A stretch of 64,000 nucleotides of DNA, taken from positions 21,533 to 85,532 of the forward strand of contig SVBA01000008.1 of the NCBI GenBank assembly GCA_015059095.1. Reading direction: 5' to 3'. A program made the translations under genes and the position numbers. The notes beneath the pieces were generated by a model, which worked only from the letters and a program-made list of their open reading frames with translations, did not search any database and was not told where the DNA came from. Position 1 is the first letter of the stretch, and every line of letters starts with the position of its first letter. The DNA is from Erysipelotrichaceae bacterium. GTDB taxonomy: Bacteria; Bacillota_I; Bacilli_A; RFN20; CAG-449. Positions 50,001 through 59,674 of the stretch are shown here, piece after piece.

Positions 50001-51203
50001 CTATCTATTTAATCTAATGATTGAATATGGTTCAATTTTTTTATTTGTTTTAATTCTTATTACTTGTTTACCAATAGTAGCAACTTCCATAGGCATAATA
50101 TATTCACCTATAGCGTTTTGTTTCATCATTTCATCAATTAATATTACATAATCTTCTTCTATTGGAGAATGTACTATATAAGTATGATTTAGTTCCATCT
50201 TATTATGGATTTCTACGTAAGCATATTCTTCCGTTGAATCTAACACTAATCCCACATAGTCTCCAATTTTAATTAATCTTTCATCAAGATTATATAACAT
50301 TTGTTCAATTTTAACATTTCCATGTAAAAAGCCAGTTGATGTCAATCTATTTTCACACTTATAAATATCTTCTCTATATTTAGAAAACTTCATTTCTCTT
50401 TGAGCATAATAATCGTCAATTGCTTGTCGATATGCTTTTACAACACATGCTATATAATTAGAAGCTTTTCTTCTTCCTTCAATCTTTAATGAATCAACAC
50501 CATATTCAATGAGTTGAGGTATTTCATTAATCGCACATAGGTCTCTAGAAGACATTTTAAAATATTCATCACCTTTAGTAATTAATTCATCTCCTTGATG
50601 GATATTATATTTCCAACGGCAAGAATAAGCACATCCACCACGATTAGCATCTCTATTACACATAACATTAGATAACATGCACTTGCCTGAATATGAAGAA
50701 CACATACCTCCATGAATAAAAGTTTCTATCTCACAAGGTTTATCTTTACAAATACTCTTAATATCTTCTAAAGAAACTTCTCTTCCTAAAACGACTCGAT
50801 CTGCCCCGCATTCTTTAAAGAACTTAACCGCTTCAGAATTTAAAACTGATTGTTGAGTAGAAATATGACATTCTAAAGAAGTAAATTCTTTAGCAAGTTT
50901 CACCATATGTAAAGAAGAAGTAATAATCGCATCTACTCCAATTTTATCTAACGCTAATAAATATTCTTTTAATGGTTCAACATCGTTATTGTGCATAACA
51001 ATATTGCAAGTCACATGAACTTTCTTATTGAGTTTATGCGCAAAATCCACGCCCTCTTTAATTTCTTCTAAAGTAAAATTACTTGCTTTTGATCTTAAAG
51101 AAAATTCTCTTCCACCAATAAATACAGCATCTGCTCCATAAACTAAAGCAACTTTTAATTTTTCTAAATCTCCTGCAGGAGCCAATAACTCAATTCTTTT
51201 CAT
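50001..51203 (-). CDS. Peptidase U32 family protein (YrrO/RlhA-like, tRNA/rRNA hydroxylation-associated)
   Basis: MKRIELLAPAGDLEKLKVALVYGADAVFIGG. CEIETFIHGGMCSSYSGKC (E-x-F-x-HG...C motif). Confidence 0.8.
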   Translation of the reverse strand: MKRIELLAPAGDLEKLKVALVYGADAVFIGGREFSLRSKASNFTLEEIKEGVDFAHKLNKKVHVTCNIVMHNNDVEPLKEYLLALDKIGVDAIITSSLHMVKLAKEFTSLECHISTQQSVLNSEAVKFFKECGADRVVLGREVSLEDIKSICKDKPCEIETFIHGGMCSSYSGKCMLSNVMCNRDANRGGCAYSCRWKYNIHQGDELITKGDEYFKMSSRDLCAINEIPQLIEYGVDSLKIEGRRKASNYIACVVKAYRQAIDDYYAQREMKFSKYREDIYKCENRLTSTGFLHGNVKIEQMLYNLDERLIKIGDYVGLVLDSTEEYAYVEIHNKMELNHTYIVHSPIEEDYVILIDEMMKQNAIGEYIMPMEVATIGKQVIRIKTNKKIEPYSIIRLNR

Positions 51204-51205
51204 AT

Positions 51206-52078
51206 TTATTCAAACTCCTTTGGATTATATACCGAATCAACATCCATAAATTGATTATTGATAGTCAAATTTAAAGAGGAAATAACTTTTAACCCTTCTT
51301 CTTTAGAAATCAAATTATTAACAACATTAAAATATGTTTCTAAAACAGTTAAATATTTATTTTCATCAACAAATATACTATCTAAATATAAATATTTGAC
51401 ATTTTCTAATAATTCTATTTTTTCTAAATTAGATATTACGCCATTTCTAAAAACAATGGTTCCATATTTATTTTCAATTATAGGACATCTATCATTTTCT
51501 CTAGTCGCTTCTTGAAGCATCAAATTATCATTAGTAAAATTTAATCCACTATGTTCTTTATATAAGCTTAATAAATATCTATAAGTTTGATACATTGGGT
51601 GATAGCCAAAACCTAAATAGAAAATATTTTTAAAATAAGTAGAACATAATTCAACATCTTTTAATGGTATTTCATTACTTAAAGAAACTGCATCTAAAGA
51701 AAAACTTTCATAAGCTTGAATGTCTCTATAATTAGTAATCATAGTTAACGGATTATAAATTCCATATTTAGATTTATTTAAAGAAGAAAGAATTCTTAAT
51801 ATTCCTAGATCTTGGAATATAAAATAAACTTCATCGTTTTTAAATTCTTCAATAAAGTTTTTAACATCATCAATATCATTTTCATGCATAATAAAATTTA
51901 ATAAAATATATGTTTTTACATTATTTTTCGATAATATTTGATAAATACCTTTAATTTCTTCTACGCTATAAGTACCATCAGAATAAGAAGAAAATTGACA
52001 TCCCAAAGCAATCCCATCAACAAATGGAATTATTTTATTTATCATCTCTTCATTTTTCAAAGTACTAATTATTTTCAT
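51206..52078 (-). CDS. U32-family partner protein (YrrN-like)
   Basis: Adjacent to and co-oriented with the U32 peptidase. TIM-barrel-like N-terminal pattern. Pairing as in yrrN-yrrO. Confidence 0.5.
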   Translation of the reverse strand: MKIISTLKNEEMINKIIPFVDGIALGCQFSSYSDGTYSVEEIKGIYQILSKNNVKTYILLNFIMHENDIDDVKNFIEEFKNDEVYFIFQDLGILRILSSLNKSKYGIYNPLTMITNYRDIQAYESFSLDAVSLSNEIPLKDVELCSTYFKNIFYLGFGYHPMYQTYRYLLSLYKEHSGLNFTNDNLMLQEATRENDRCPIIENKYGTIVFRNGVISNLEKIELLENVKYLYLDSIFVDENKYLTVLETYFNVVNNLISKEEGLKVISSLNLTINNQFMDVDSVYNPKEFE

Positions 52079-52754
52079 CTTCGTTCATCACTTTCATATC
52101 TTTAATAATAATTGGTTTATTAACTTCTAGTCCCAATTTACCACCATTTACTGCTTTTATTAACACTACATTAGAGTTCTTTTTATTTACATTATAAACA
52201 AACTTCATAACTTTAATTTTAAACTTGTATTTATTAAATACTTCAATTAATTCTTGAAGTCTAGAAGATTGATATACAAAAAATAATTTGCCTTCTTGCT
52301 TTAAATTTTTCTTAATTGTTTTAATTAAATTATCTAATGGCAAAGAATCTTCATGTTTTGCTAAAACAAAATTTTTCGAAGAATTAATACTATCTTTAGT
52401 AGATTTAAAATATGGTGGATTACAAACAATTACATCAACTTTTTCACCAACATAAGTATTCGCATCAGTATGAATTAGTTCATAGTTTGTAATATTATTA
52501 AGTTCCATATTCTTTTTTGCAATCTCTAATGCTTCTTTATTAATATCAATCCCAATTAATTTTTTAGGAGAAAATCTATTCGCATACAATAATAACGATC
52601 CATTATTAGTACCAATATCTAAAATTGTATCATAGCGATATACTTCTAAAAATTCACCAAGAACCATAGTATCTGTATTAATACAAATCATATCTTTATC
52701 TTGATATAATTTAATTTCTGGATAATTTGGTAAAAAATCTAGTTTTAAGTTCAT
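52065..52754 (-). CDS. Class I SAM-dependent methyltransferase with NPPY motif (TrmN6/YfiC-like tRNA m6A37 methyltransferase)
   Basis: DIGTNNGSLLLYA (SAM motif I). VIVCNPPYF (motif IV). Confidence 0.65.
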   Translation of the reverse strand: MNLKLDFLPNYPEIKLYQDKDMICINTDTMVLGEFLEVYRYDTILDIGTNNGSLLLYANRFSPKKLIGIDINKEALEIAKKNMELNNITNYELIHTDANTYVGEKVDVIVCNPPYFKSTKDSINSSKNFVLAKHEDSLPLDNLIKTIKKNLKQEGKLFFVYQSSRLQELIEVFNKYKFKIKVMKFVYNVNKKNSNVVLIKAVNGGKLGLEVNKPIIIKDMKVMNEDENN

Positions 52755-52846
52755 GATGTTTCCTCCGCTTATTTATTTTATCATTTGTTTAAATGATAAT
52801 AAAGAAATTAAAAGCGAGTTTTAATAAACCCGCTTCTTTTTAAGTA

Positions 52847-55402
52847 TTAATTAAATATGAATTCACCTTTAATAAAATCTATCTTAACTAAAGATTTTTC
52901 TTTTACTGTACCTTTTATTATTTCTCTAGCAAGAGGAGTTTCAATATTCTTTTGAATAAATCTCTTTAGTGGTCTAGCACCATAAATTTTATCAAAACCT
53001 TCTGAAACAATTTCTTCTAATGCTTTATCACTTACTTCAAGAGTAATTTGTAGCTTAGATAATCTAGTTTCTAACTCTTTAATAAACTTATTAACAATCT
53101 TTTTAATAACTGTAACATCTAAAGAATTAAAATATACTATATCATCGATACGATTAATAAATTCTGGTTTAAAATGATTTTTCAATTCATTTTCAACTTT
53201 CTTTTGATTTGCTTTGTTATTACCATCCATTAAGAATTCACTACCAATATTTGAAGTCATAATTAAAATAGTATTTTTAAAATCTACAACTCTACCATGG
53301 GAATCAGTTAATCTTCCATCATCTAATACTTGAAGTAAGATATTAAATACATCTGGATGAGCCTTTTCAATTTCATCTAATAAAACAATTGAATAAGGTT
53401 TTCTTCTTACTTGTTCAGTTAATTGACCACCTTCATCATATCCAACATATCCTGGAGGTGCTCCTACTAATCTAGAAACAGCAAATTTTTCCATATATTC
53501 AGACATATCAATTCTTACAATTTGATTTTCTGAATCAAACAAATTAGCTGCTAAAGCTTTAGCAATTTCTGTTTTACCAACACCAGTTGGACCTAAAAAT
53601 AAGAATGAACCAATTGGTCTATTTTCATCATTAATGCCTGCTCTTGAACGTAAAATTGCATCAGTCACTTTTTCAATAGCCTCATCTTGACCAATAACTC
53701 TAGAAGCAAGAGTTTTACTTAAACTTAATATTTTATTTGTTTCACTTTGCTTTAATTTAGAAACTGGGATTCCTGTCCATTTTGAAACAACTTGAGCAAT
53801 ATTTTCTTCTTCAACAATTTCGTTTAAGACTTTACCTTTTTTATCTTGTTCTTCAAATTCTTTGATCTTTTTTTCAAGTTCTGGAATGACAGAATATTGT
53901 AATCTACTAGCTTCTTTATAATCAGCATTTTGCATTGCTTTATTTAAATCTAACTTTGCTTTTTCCAATCTCTCTTTAGCAGTTTTTGAATCTTTTAAAG
54001 CATCTTTTTCTAGTTGCCATTTGCTAGTGAATTCCTTTTGTTTTTCGCGTAAATCCGCGATTTCTTTATCCATTACTTCTAATCTTTCTTTTGATACTTC
54101 ACTATCTTCTTTTGATAATGAAACTCTTTCAATTTCTAATAACATAATCCTACGATTAATTTCATCTAATTCAATAGGTAGAGAGTCAATTTGCATTCTA
54201 ACTGCAGCGCAAGCTTCATCAACTAAATCAAGAGCCTTATCTGGTAAAAATCTATCAGAAATATATCTATGAGATAATGTTGCTGCACTTACTAAAGCAG
54301 AGTCTAAAATTTGAACTCCATGATGGGATTCATATCTTTCTTTTAAACCTCTTAATATAGTAATTGTATCTTCTAATGATGGTTCATCTACTTGAACTTT
54401 TTGCATTCTTCTTTCAAAAGCTGCATCCTTTTCAATATATTTTCTATATTCATCTAAAGTAGTCGCACCAATACAATGTAATTCACCACGTGCTAACATT
54501 GGTTTCAATAAATTAGCAGCATCCATTGCTCCATCAGTTTTACCTGCACCAATTAAAGTATGAATTTCATCAATAAATAAAATAATATTACCATTTGATT
54601 CTTTAATTTCTTTTAATACTGCTTTTAATCTATCTTCAAATTCACCACGATATTTAGCGCCTGCAATCAAAGCACCTAAATCTAATTCATAAATAGTTTT
54701 TTCTTTCAATGAAAAAGGTACATCACCTTTAAATATTCTCCAGGCTAACCCTTCAACAATCGCAGTTTTACCAACACCTGGTTCACCTATTAATACAGGA
54801 TTATTTTTTGTTTTTCTTGAAAGAATTTGAATAACTCTTCTAATTTCATCATCTCTACCAATAACTGGATCAATTTTACCTCTAGCAACATCTAAAGTTA
54901 AATCTCTACCATATTTAGTTAAAGCTTCATATTTATCTTCAGGATTTTTATCTTCCACTTTAAACGCCCCCCTTAACTCTTTAATTACTTTCTCAATTTT
55001 TCCTTTTTCAAAATTCGGAATTTTAAGTAATTGATTTAATATTGTATGTTTTGTATCAAAGATTGATAAAATAAGATGTTCGACACTAATATACTTGTCC
55101 CCATAACTCTTCATATGCTTTTCAGCATTTTTAATCATATTATTAACATCTACTGATACATATACATTATCAATATTACTTGATTTTGCCTTATTATTAA
55201 TAAAGCCATCTACTGTCTGTTCAAATAAATTAACACTACAAGATGCTTTTGCTAATACATTTTTAAGCATTGATTGTTCATCGTTAAGCATTGATTTAAT
55301 AACATGTGTTACATCAATTTCACTAGAATAATTATCTTTAGCGACATCTTGAGAAGCATTAATTATCTTAACAACTTTATCTGTCATAATATTATAGTCC
55401 AT
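52847..55402 (-). CDS. clpB: ClpB chaperone (AAA+ disaggregase)
   Basis: Start ATG 55402 after AAAGGAGGG. Two AAA+ modules ([15 protein letters not shown]; [15 protein letters not shown]) separated by a long coiled-coil M-domain. Confidence 0.9.
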   Translation of the reverse strand: MDYNIMTDKVVKIINASQDVAKDNYSSEIDVTHVIKSMLNDEQSMLKNVLAKASCSVNLFEQTVDGFINNKAKSSNIDNVYVSVDVNNMIKNAEKHMKSYGDKYISVEHLILSIFDTKHTILNQLLKIPNFEKGKIEKVIKELRGAFKVEDKNPEDKYEALTKYGRDLTLDVARGKIDPVIGRDDEIRRVIQILSRKTKNNPVLIGEPGVGKTAIVEGLAWRIFKGDVPFSLKEKTIYELDLGALIAGAKYRGEFEDRLKAVLKEIKESNGNIILFIDEIHTLIGAGKTDGAMDAANLLKPMLARGELHCIGATTLDEYRKYIEKDAAFERRMQKVQVDEPSLEDTITILRGLKERYESHHGVQILDSALVSAATLSHRYISDRFLPDKALDLVDEACAAVRMQIDSLPIELDEINRRIMLLEIERVSLSKEDSEVSKERLEVMDKEIADLREKQKEFTSKWQLEKDALKDSKTAKERLEKAKLDLNKAMQNADYKEASRLQYSVIPELEKKIKEFEEQDKKGKVLNEIVEEENIAQVVSKWTGIPVSKLKQSETNKILSLSKTLASRVIGQDEAIEKVTDAILRSRAGINDENRPIGSFLFLGPTGVGKTEIAKALAANLFDSENQIVRIDMSEYMEKFAVSRLVGAPPGYVGYDEGGQLTEQVRRKPYSIVLLDEIEKAHPDVFNILLQVLDDGRLTDSHGRVVDFKNTILIMTSNIGSEFLMDGNNKANQKKVENELKNHFKPEFINRIDDIVYFNSLDVTVIKKIVNKFIKELETRLSKLQITLEVSDKALEEIVSEGFDKIYGARPLKRFIQKNIETPLAREIIKGTVKEKSLVKIDFIKGEFIFN

Positions 55403-55416
55403 AAACAACCCTCCTT

Positions 55417-55443
55417 TTAGCACTCTTTTTGATAGACTGCTAA
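55417..55443 (-). promoter_or_regulatory. CIRCE-like HrcA operator 1 (proximal, over the 5'UTR)
   Basis: TTAGCACTC-N9-GACTGCTAA. One mismatch to the TTAGCACTC-N9-GAGTGCTAA consensus. Confidence 0.6.
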
Positions 55444-55447
55444 TTAT

Positions 55448-55475
55448 AGTATACACCATTTTTTAGCACTGTCAA
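55448..55475 (-). promoter_or_regulatory. Putative sigma-A promoter of clpB (TTGACA-16-TATACT)
   Basis: Minus strand TTGACAGTGCTAAAAAATGGTGTATACT. The -35 overlaps CIRCE 2. Confidence 0.5.
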
Positions 55476-55489
55476 TAAAAGAGTGCTAA
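55463..55489 (-). promoter_or_regulatory. CIRCE-like HrcA operator 2 (distal, overlapping -35)
   Basis: TTAGCACTG-N9-GAGTGCTAA. One mismatch to the CIRCE consensus. Confidence 0.65.
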
Positions 55490-55567
55490 CTTTTTTTCTT
55501 AATTAAAAAAAATAAAACTTAATAGAATTAACTACTAAGTTTCTTAATTAATATTTATCTACTTTCT

Positions 55568-56074
55568 TTAAAACTTTTCTTCCATTATTCTTCTACTAGC
55601 AACATATAGAGGTATACCAATAGAATATACTGCGATTAATTCACCTATACCTACAATCATAAATTCATACCAATATATTCCCCAATTCAAATCTGGAATA
55701 TTTAAAATTAAAACAATTGGAACTAATATAGCATTTGTTAATCCTAGTCCTATTCCAAAAGTAGATAATCTTACTTTTTCATTTTTAATATATTTTTTGA
55801 TTAATAAAACAAACATGCCGCCTAAGATAGTTGCTAGAGTACCAACTAAAGCATCAATAATTCCAAAACCAAAAAATAGATTATTCATAAAGCAACCTAA
55901 AGCTAAACCAAATATTGTTTCAGGAACAAAAAAGGCAAATACTATTAATCCTTCAGCGAATCTAATATTTGCAGCAGGTCCACTTGCTAAATACCCTTCT
56001 ATAAGGCATAAAACAAAATATACTGCTGCTATCATAGATGCGAAGGTCATTCTTTTAATCATTTTATTTTTCAT
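55568..56074 (-). CDS. queT: QueT-family queuosine-precursor transporter (ECF S-component-like)
   Basis: Start ATG 56074 after GGGAGA. ~5 TM helices. IRFAEGL, FGLALGCFMNNL, DALVGTLATIL resemble PF06177 conserved segments. Confidence 0.6.
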   Translation of the reverse strand: MKNKMIKRMTFASMIAAVYFVLCLIEGYLASGPAANIRFAEGLIVFAFFVPETIFGLALGCFMNNLFFGFGIIDALVGTLATILGGMFVLLIKKYIKNEKVRLSTFGIGLGLTNAILVPIVLILNIPDLNWGIYWYEFMIVGIGELIAVYSIGIPLYVASRRIMEEKF

Positions 56075-56199
56075 AAAAAAATCTCCCTGCACCATACTAA
56101 AACAAGGAGATATATTTCTATATTCTGTCCGAGTTTTGTTTAAAGGAAGGATGGTTCATGAACTCCCTACCATTTTAAATGGTAAGTTTATTTTAATGA

Positions 56200-56228
56200 G
56201 TTTTAAAAATAAATGCAATCTTTATTTT
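56200..56228 (-). promoter_or_regulatory. Putative promoter of queT (TTGCAT-17-TAAAAT) giving a ~115-nt leader
   Basis: Minus strand TTGCAT-ttatttttaaaactcat-TAAAAT. Confidence 0.45.
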
Positions 56229-56260
56229 ATTAATGAATATATTTTATAGAGGTGAAAAAC

Positions 56261-57511
56261 ATGTTTATATATACAGTTAAAAAAGGAGATAGTGTTAGTA
56301 AACTTTCAAAAGAATTTAATATTAATCAAATAAATATTATAACTGACAATAATTTAATCGCTCCTTACACTTTATTAATAGGTCAAACATTAATAATAGA
56401 TGTCGATAGATTAAATTATATAGTCAAAGAGAATGATACATTTCAAAGTTTAGAAGAAGAATACGATATTCCAATCAGCAAAATTAAAAGTATCAATAAC
56501 ATATCCAAATTAACTATAGGAGAAACTATTACATTTGATTATAAAACGAATAAATATAAAGGATATGTAAATGGTTATTGTTATCAAAATCTTTCTGAAG
56601 GAACATTAAATAAATATAATAAATATCTATCCACCATTTCTCCATTTGCATACAAGGTAAAAGAAGATGGAACATTAGATAACTTTATTATAGGTAATAA
56701 CATTAAAAATGATAATTTACCTAAAGTAATGGTGATTGCAAATATTAAAGAAAAAGGCGGGTTTTCAGCAGAAATCACCCATAAAATATTAAATGACAGA
56801 AGAATAAAATCTATATTAATTAATAATATCATTACTGAAATTAAGAAAGAAAATTATAAGCTTTTAAATGTTGACTTTGAATATGTAAAAGAAGATGATA
56901 AAGAGGCATTTATTGAATTTATTATCGATATGAAAGCAAAACTAAATGAAATCAATAAAGAACTAAGTGTATGTCTTGCTCCTAAAACTTCTTCTTTCCA
57001 AAAAGGATTATTATATGAAGCACATGATTATCAAAAAATCGGTAAGATTGCAGACTACTTAATCATTATGACTTATGAATGGGGATATACTTATGGAGAA
57101 CCAATGGCGATTTCTCCTCTTCCGCAAGTTAAAGATGTCATTAAATATGCTAAAACTGTAATTTCAAAAGAAAAAATCATTATGGGTATTCCAAATTATG
57201 GATATGATTGGACTCTACCTTATAAAAAAGGAACAGCAGCAGATTCTTTATCAATTACTGAAGCAATGGAACTTGCATTAGAAGAAAAAGTAGAAATTAA
57301 ACATTCTAAAGCTTACTTAACTCCTTATTTTAATTACAAAAAAGATAATGTAAACCATGTAGTACATTTTGATGATGCTCTCTCTTATAAAGAAAAAATA
57401 GAATTAGCAATAAAAGAAAATATTGGCGGTATTTCTATTTGGACTTTATCATCTAGTAATGTAACTTTAACAAAACTAATCGATAATTACTTTGAAATTA
57501 GAAATTTTTAA
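56261..57511 (+). CDS. Two-LysM-domain GH18-family glycosyl hydrolase (SleL/YaaH/YdhD-like peptidoglycan hydrolase)
   Basis: Start ATG 56261 after GAGGTG. Two LysM repeats (YTVKKGDSVSKLSKEF...; YIVKENDTFQSLEEEY...). GH18 catalytic stretch LLNVDFEYV and TIM-barrel pattern. Confidence 0.75.
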   Translation: MFIYTVKKGDSVSKLSKEFNINQINIITDNNLIAPYTLLIGQTLIIDVDRLNYIVKENDTFQSLEEEYDIPISKIKSINNISKLTIGETITFDYKTNKYKGYVNGYCYQNLSEGTLNKYNKYLSTISPFAYKVKEDGTLDNFIIGNNIKNDNLPKVMVIANIKEKGGFSAEITHKILNDRRIKSILINNIITEIKKENYKLLNVDFEYVKEDDKEAFIEFIIDMKAKLNEINKELSVCLAPKTSSFQKGLLYEAHDYQKIGKIADYLIIMTYEWGYTYGEPMAISPLPQVKDVIKYAKTVISKEKIIMGIPNYGYDWTLPYKKGTAADSLSITEAMELALEEKVEIKHSKAYLTPYFNYKKDNVNHVVHFDDALSYKEKIELAIKENIGGISIWTLSSSNVTLTKLIDNYFEIRNF

Positions 57512-57528
57512 TTTACAATAAGAATGAC

Positions 57529-57603
57529 GCCGGATTAGCTCAGTGGTAGAGCAACTGCCTCGTAATCAGTAGGTCGTAAGTTCGATTCTTATATCCGGCA
57601 CCA
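57529..57603 (+). tRNA. tRNA-Thr (anticodon CGU)
   Basis: Acceptor stem GCCGGAT/ATCCGGC. D-arm GCTCAGTGGTAGAGC. Anticodon loop CU-CGU-AA. T-arm GTAAGTTCGATTCTTAT. 3' ACCA encoded. Closely resembles Bacillus tRNA-Thr. Confidence 0.85.
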
Positions 57604-57610
57604 TTCTATC

Positions 57611-57639
57611 GGTCTTGAAAATCAATCAAGACCTTTTTA
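57611..57639 (+). terminator. Rho-independent terminator after the tRNA
   Basis: GGTCTTGA-AAATCAA-TCAAGACC followed by TTTTTAT. Confidence 0.8.
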
Positions 57640-57690
57640 TTATTTATTTTTTAAATTAATGCAGTATAATTAATTTAAGGAGAAATTCAC

Positions 57691-58632
57691 ATGAAGTACG
57701 ACTATAAATCTTATCAAGTTACATCTGGTAAAAAATTACTAAAAAACTATAGAAAAGGAAAAATCTTATGGTTTTTTCTAGAAAAACACACAGATAAAAT
57801 ATTGAACGAATTAGAACAAGAAATAACAGGAGACGATATCGATCAATGCTGTTATGTTAGTATTATCATGAAAGAAAACGAAGCAAGAGCATTTACAATC
57901 CTCCATTCATTAATGCACAACAACTTCCCTCTTGCCTATTATTTCTATGGTCATTTACTTAAATATGGAAAAACTTTTTCTAAAGATCCAAAGGAAATTG
58001 TGTCTTATTATAATAAAACTCTCGAGTTAATTCCTAATTTTGCTCCTTCACTTTATGAATTAGGACTATGTTATCTAGAAGGATATGGTGTTAAGAAAAA
58101 TATATCTACTGGGATAGATTTAATCACAAAAGCTAGTAAATTAGGTTATGCAACATCATCAATCTTCCTAAGCAATGTTTATTCAAAAGGAGAATATGGT
58201 TATAAAATAAATCATAAAATGTCATATAAAATTCTTAAGAAAATTTATAAATATAGTTATGAAGGTCGTTTCAAATTAGCATACAAACAAATTTATAGTC
58301 TAGGATGCACTAACAAACGTAGACAAGGAGTTAAAAATTATGAATATTTAATCAAAAAATATAATGATATTGATTGTGCATTAAATTTAGGGATTATATT
58401 ATCAGATGATAGATTTAGTCTAAAAAATCTTAATAAAGCAGAAAAATATTTAAGAATAGCAGCAAATGCTGGTAAGTCAGGTGCAATGTTCACATTAGCA
58501 GAAATACTCATGGTCGAATATGGACGTAATGCTGCTTTAAGAGAACAAGGTATAGAATGGTTAAAAAAATCAGCTAGACTTGGAAATGAAAATGCTCAAA
58601 AAGTAGCTAATGAACTAAATATTAAATATTAA
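57691..58632 (+). CDS. Sel1-repeat (TPR-like) protein, paralog 1
   Basis: RBS AAGGAGA. Repeated A-x-x-Y/L-G-x-x-Y-x-x-G-x-G-V Sel1 pattern. C-terminal EGIEWLKKSARLGNENAQKVANELNIKY is shared with paralog 2. Confidence 0.75.
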   Translation: MKYDYKSYQVTSGKKLLKNYRKGKILWFFLEKHTDKILNELEQEITGDDIDQCCYVSIIMKENEARAFTILHSLMHNNFPLAYYFYGHLLKYGKTFSKDPKEIVSYYNKTLELIPNFAPSLYELGLCYLEGYGVKKNISTGIDLITKASKLGYATSSIFLSNVYSKGEYGYKINHKMSYKILKKIYKYSYEGRFKLAYKQIYSLGCTNKRRQGVKNYEYLIKKYNDIDCALNLGIILSDDRFSLKNLNKAEKYLRIAANAGKSGAMFTLAEILMVEYGRNAALREQGIEWLKKSARLGNENAQKVANELNIKY

Positions 58633-58640
58633 TTTATTGA

Positions 58641-58668
58641 TAGGACTTATTTTAAGTCCTATTTTTTC
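58641..58668 (+). terminator. Terminator between the two Sel1 paralogs
   Basis: TAGGACTTA-TTT-TAAGTCCTA followed by TTTTTTC. Confidence 0.7.
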
Positions 58669-58718
58669 TTGTCTTATTAATAAAATAAACTTTATAATAT
58701 AAAAAAGGAGGTAAATTT

Positions 58719-59672
58719 ATGAGATATGATTACAAAGGATGGTGGATTAATGACGCTAGTCAATATCTATCAAATTATAGAATGGGTTCAATATGTGTGA
58801 CTTATAGTAAAAGTGACGTCGAAAAAATGTTTAAAGATTTACCTAAATTAATTACCTCTAGTGATATTGATCAATATGCATATGGTACTTTCTTATATAA
58901 AAATTATCGAAATAATGATGATTTAAAAAAAGCACTAGCGATCGCTAAAAATTTAATGAACAATGGAAATGTACTTGGAAATTATCTATATGCACATTTA
59001 ATTTTTGATGGAGTTGTGTTACAAAAAATAGAATCTATTGCCGTTCAACATCTCGAAAGAGTTTTAAGAGATATCCCAGATTTTGCTCCTGCTTTATACA
59101 ATTTAGGTTATTGCTATTATTATGGTAATGGTGTTAGTAAAAATACAACTCTTGCAATGCAATACATAAATAAAGCCAAAGACTTAGGATTAAACTCTGC
59201 GATTAACTATGTTGGTCTTTGTTATTATAATGGAAAAGATGGATATCCTCAAGATTATCAAAAAGCACTTGAATGCTTCAAAGAATCATCTTTTAGAGGA
59301 GATGAAAAAGGATATTTTTATTTGGCAACTTTATATGCGTTAGGCAAAGGATGTCCTAGAGACTATCAAAGAGCAGTTGAATGTTACTCTTTAGCAGGCA
59401 CCAAGGGCCATATAGATTCTGCATATAACGCTGGTAGAATGTACTTTTTTGGAACACAAGTATCAAAAAATATTGGAGCAGCAGCATACTCTTTAGAAAT
59501 AGCAGCAAAAGGAGATAAAGTTGAAGCTATGTATCTTCTTTCTCTTCTTTATCTAAAAGAAAGTGAATATTACTATAAAAAAGATGAAGGTATAGAATGG
59601 CTTAAAAAAGCTTGTAAATTAGGTTATGAAGATGCTATTAAATTAGCAAATAAAATGAATATAAGGTATTAA
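58719..59672 (+). CDS. Sel1-repeat (TPR-like) protein, paralog 2
   Basis: RBS AAAGGAGG. N-terminal MRYDYKGW and C-terminal EGIEWLKKACKLGYEDAIKLANKMNIRY parallel paralog 1. Confidence 0.75.
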   Translation: MRYDYKGWWINDASQYLSNYRMGSICVTYSKSDVEKMFKDLPKLITSSDIDQYAYGTFLYKNYRNNDDLKKALAIAKNLMNNGNVLGNYLYAHLIFDGVVLQKIESIAVQHLERVLRDIPDFAPALYNLGYCYYYGNGVSKNTTLAMQYINKAKDLGLNSAINYVGLCYYNGKDGYPQDYQKALECFKESSFRGDEKGYFYLATLYALGKGCPRDYQRAVECYSLAGTKGHIDSAYNAGRMYFFGTQVSKNIGAAAYSLEIAAKGDKVEAMYLLSLLYLKESEYYYKKDEGIEWLKKACKLGYEDAIKLANKMNIRY

Positions 59673-59674
59673 TT

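Noticed and set aside
52065-55459. Long N-terminal extensions in the ORF track (for example clpB MVYTIISSL..., GH43 MLKSRIFL..., deo[12 protein letters not shown]..., SBP, GH43 lipoprotein, aroB, aroC, chorismate mutase, LysM-GH18)
   Set aside because: In each case an internal ATG is preceded at 5-9 nt by a strong AAAGGAGG-type SD, and the track start often falls inside the SD or a terminator stem. Shorter starts adopted.
55797-56249. 150-aa plus-strand ORF antisense to queT and its leader
   Set aside because: Antisense to a well-supported membrane transporter ORF. Lys/Ile-rich junk composition. No RBS.
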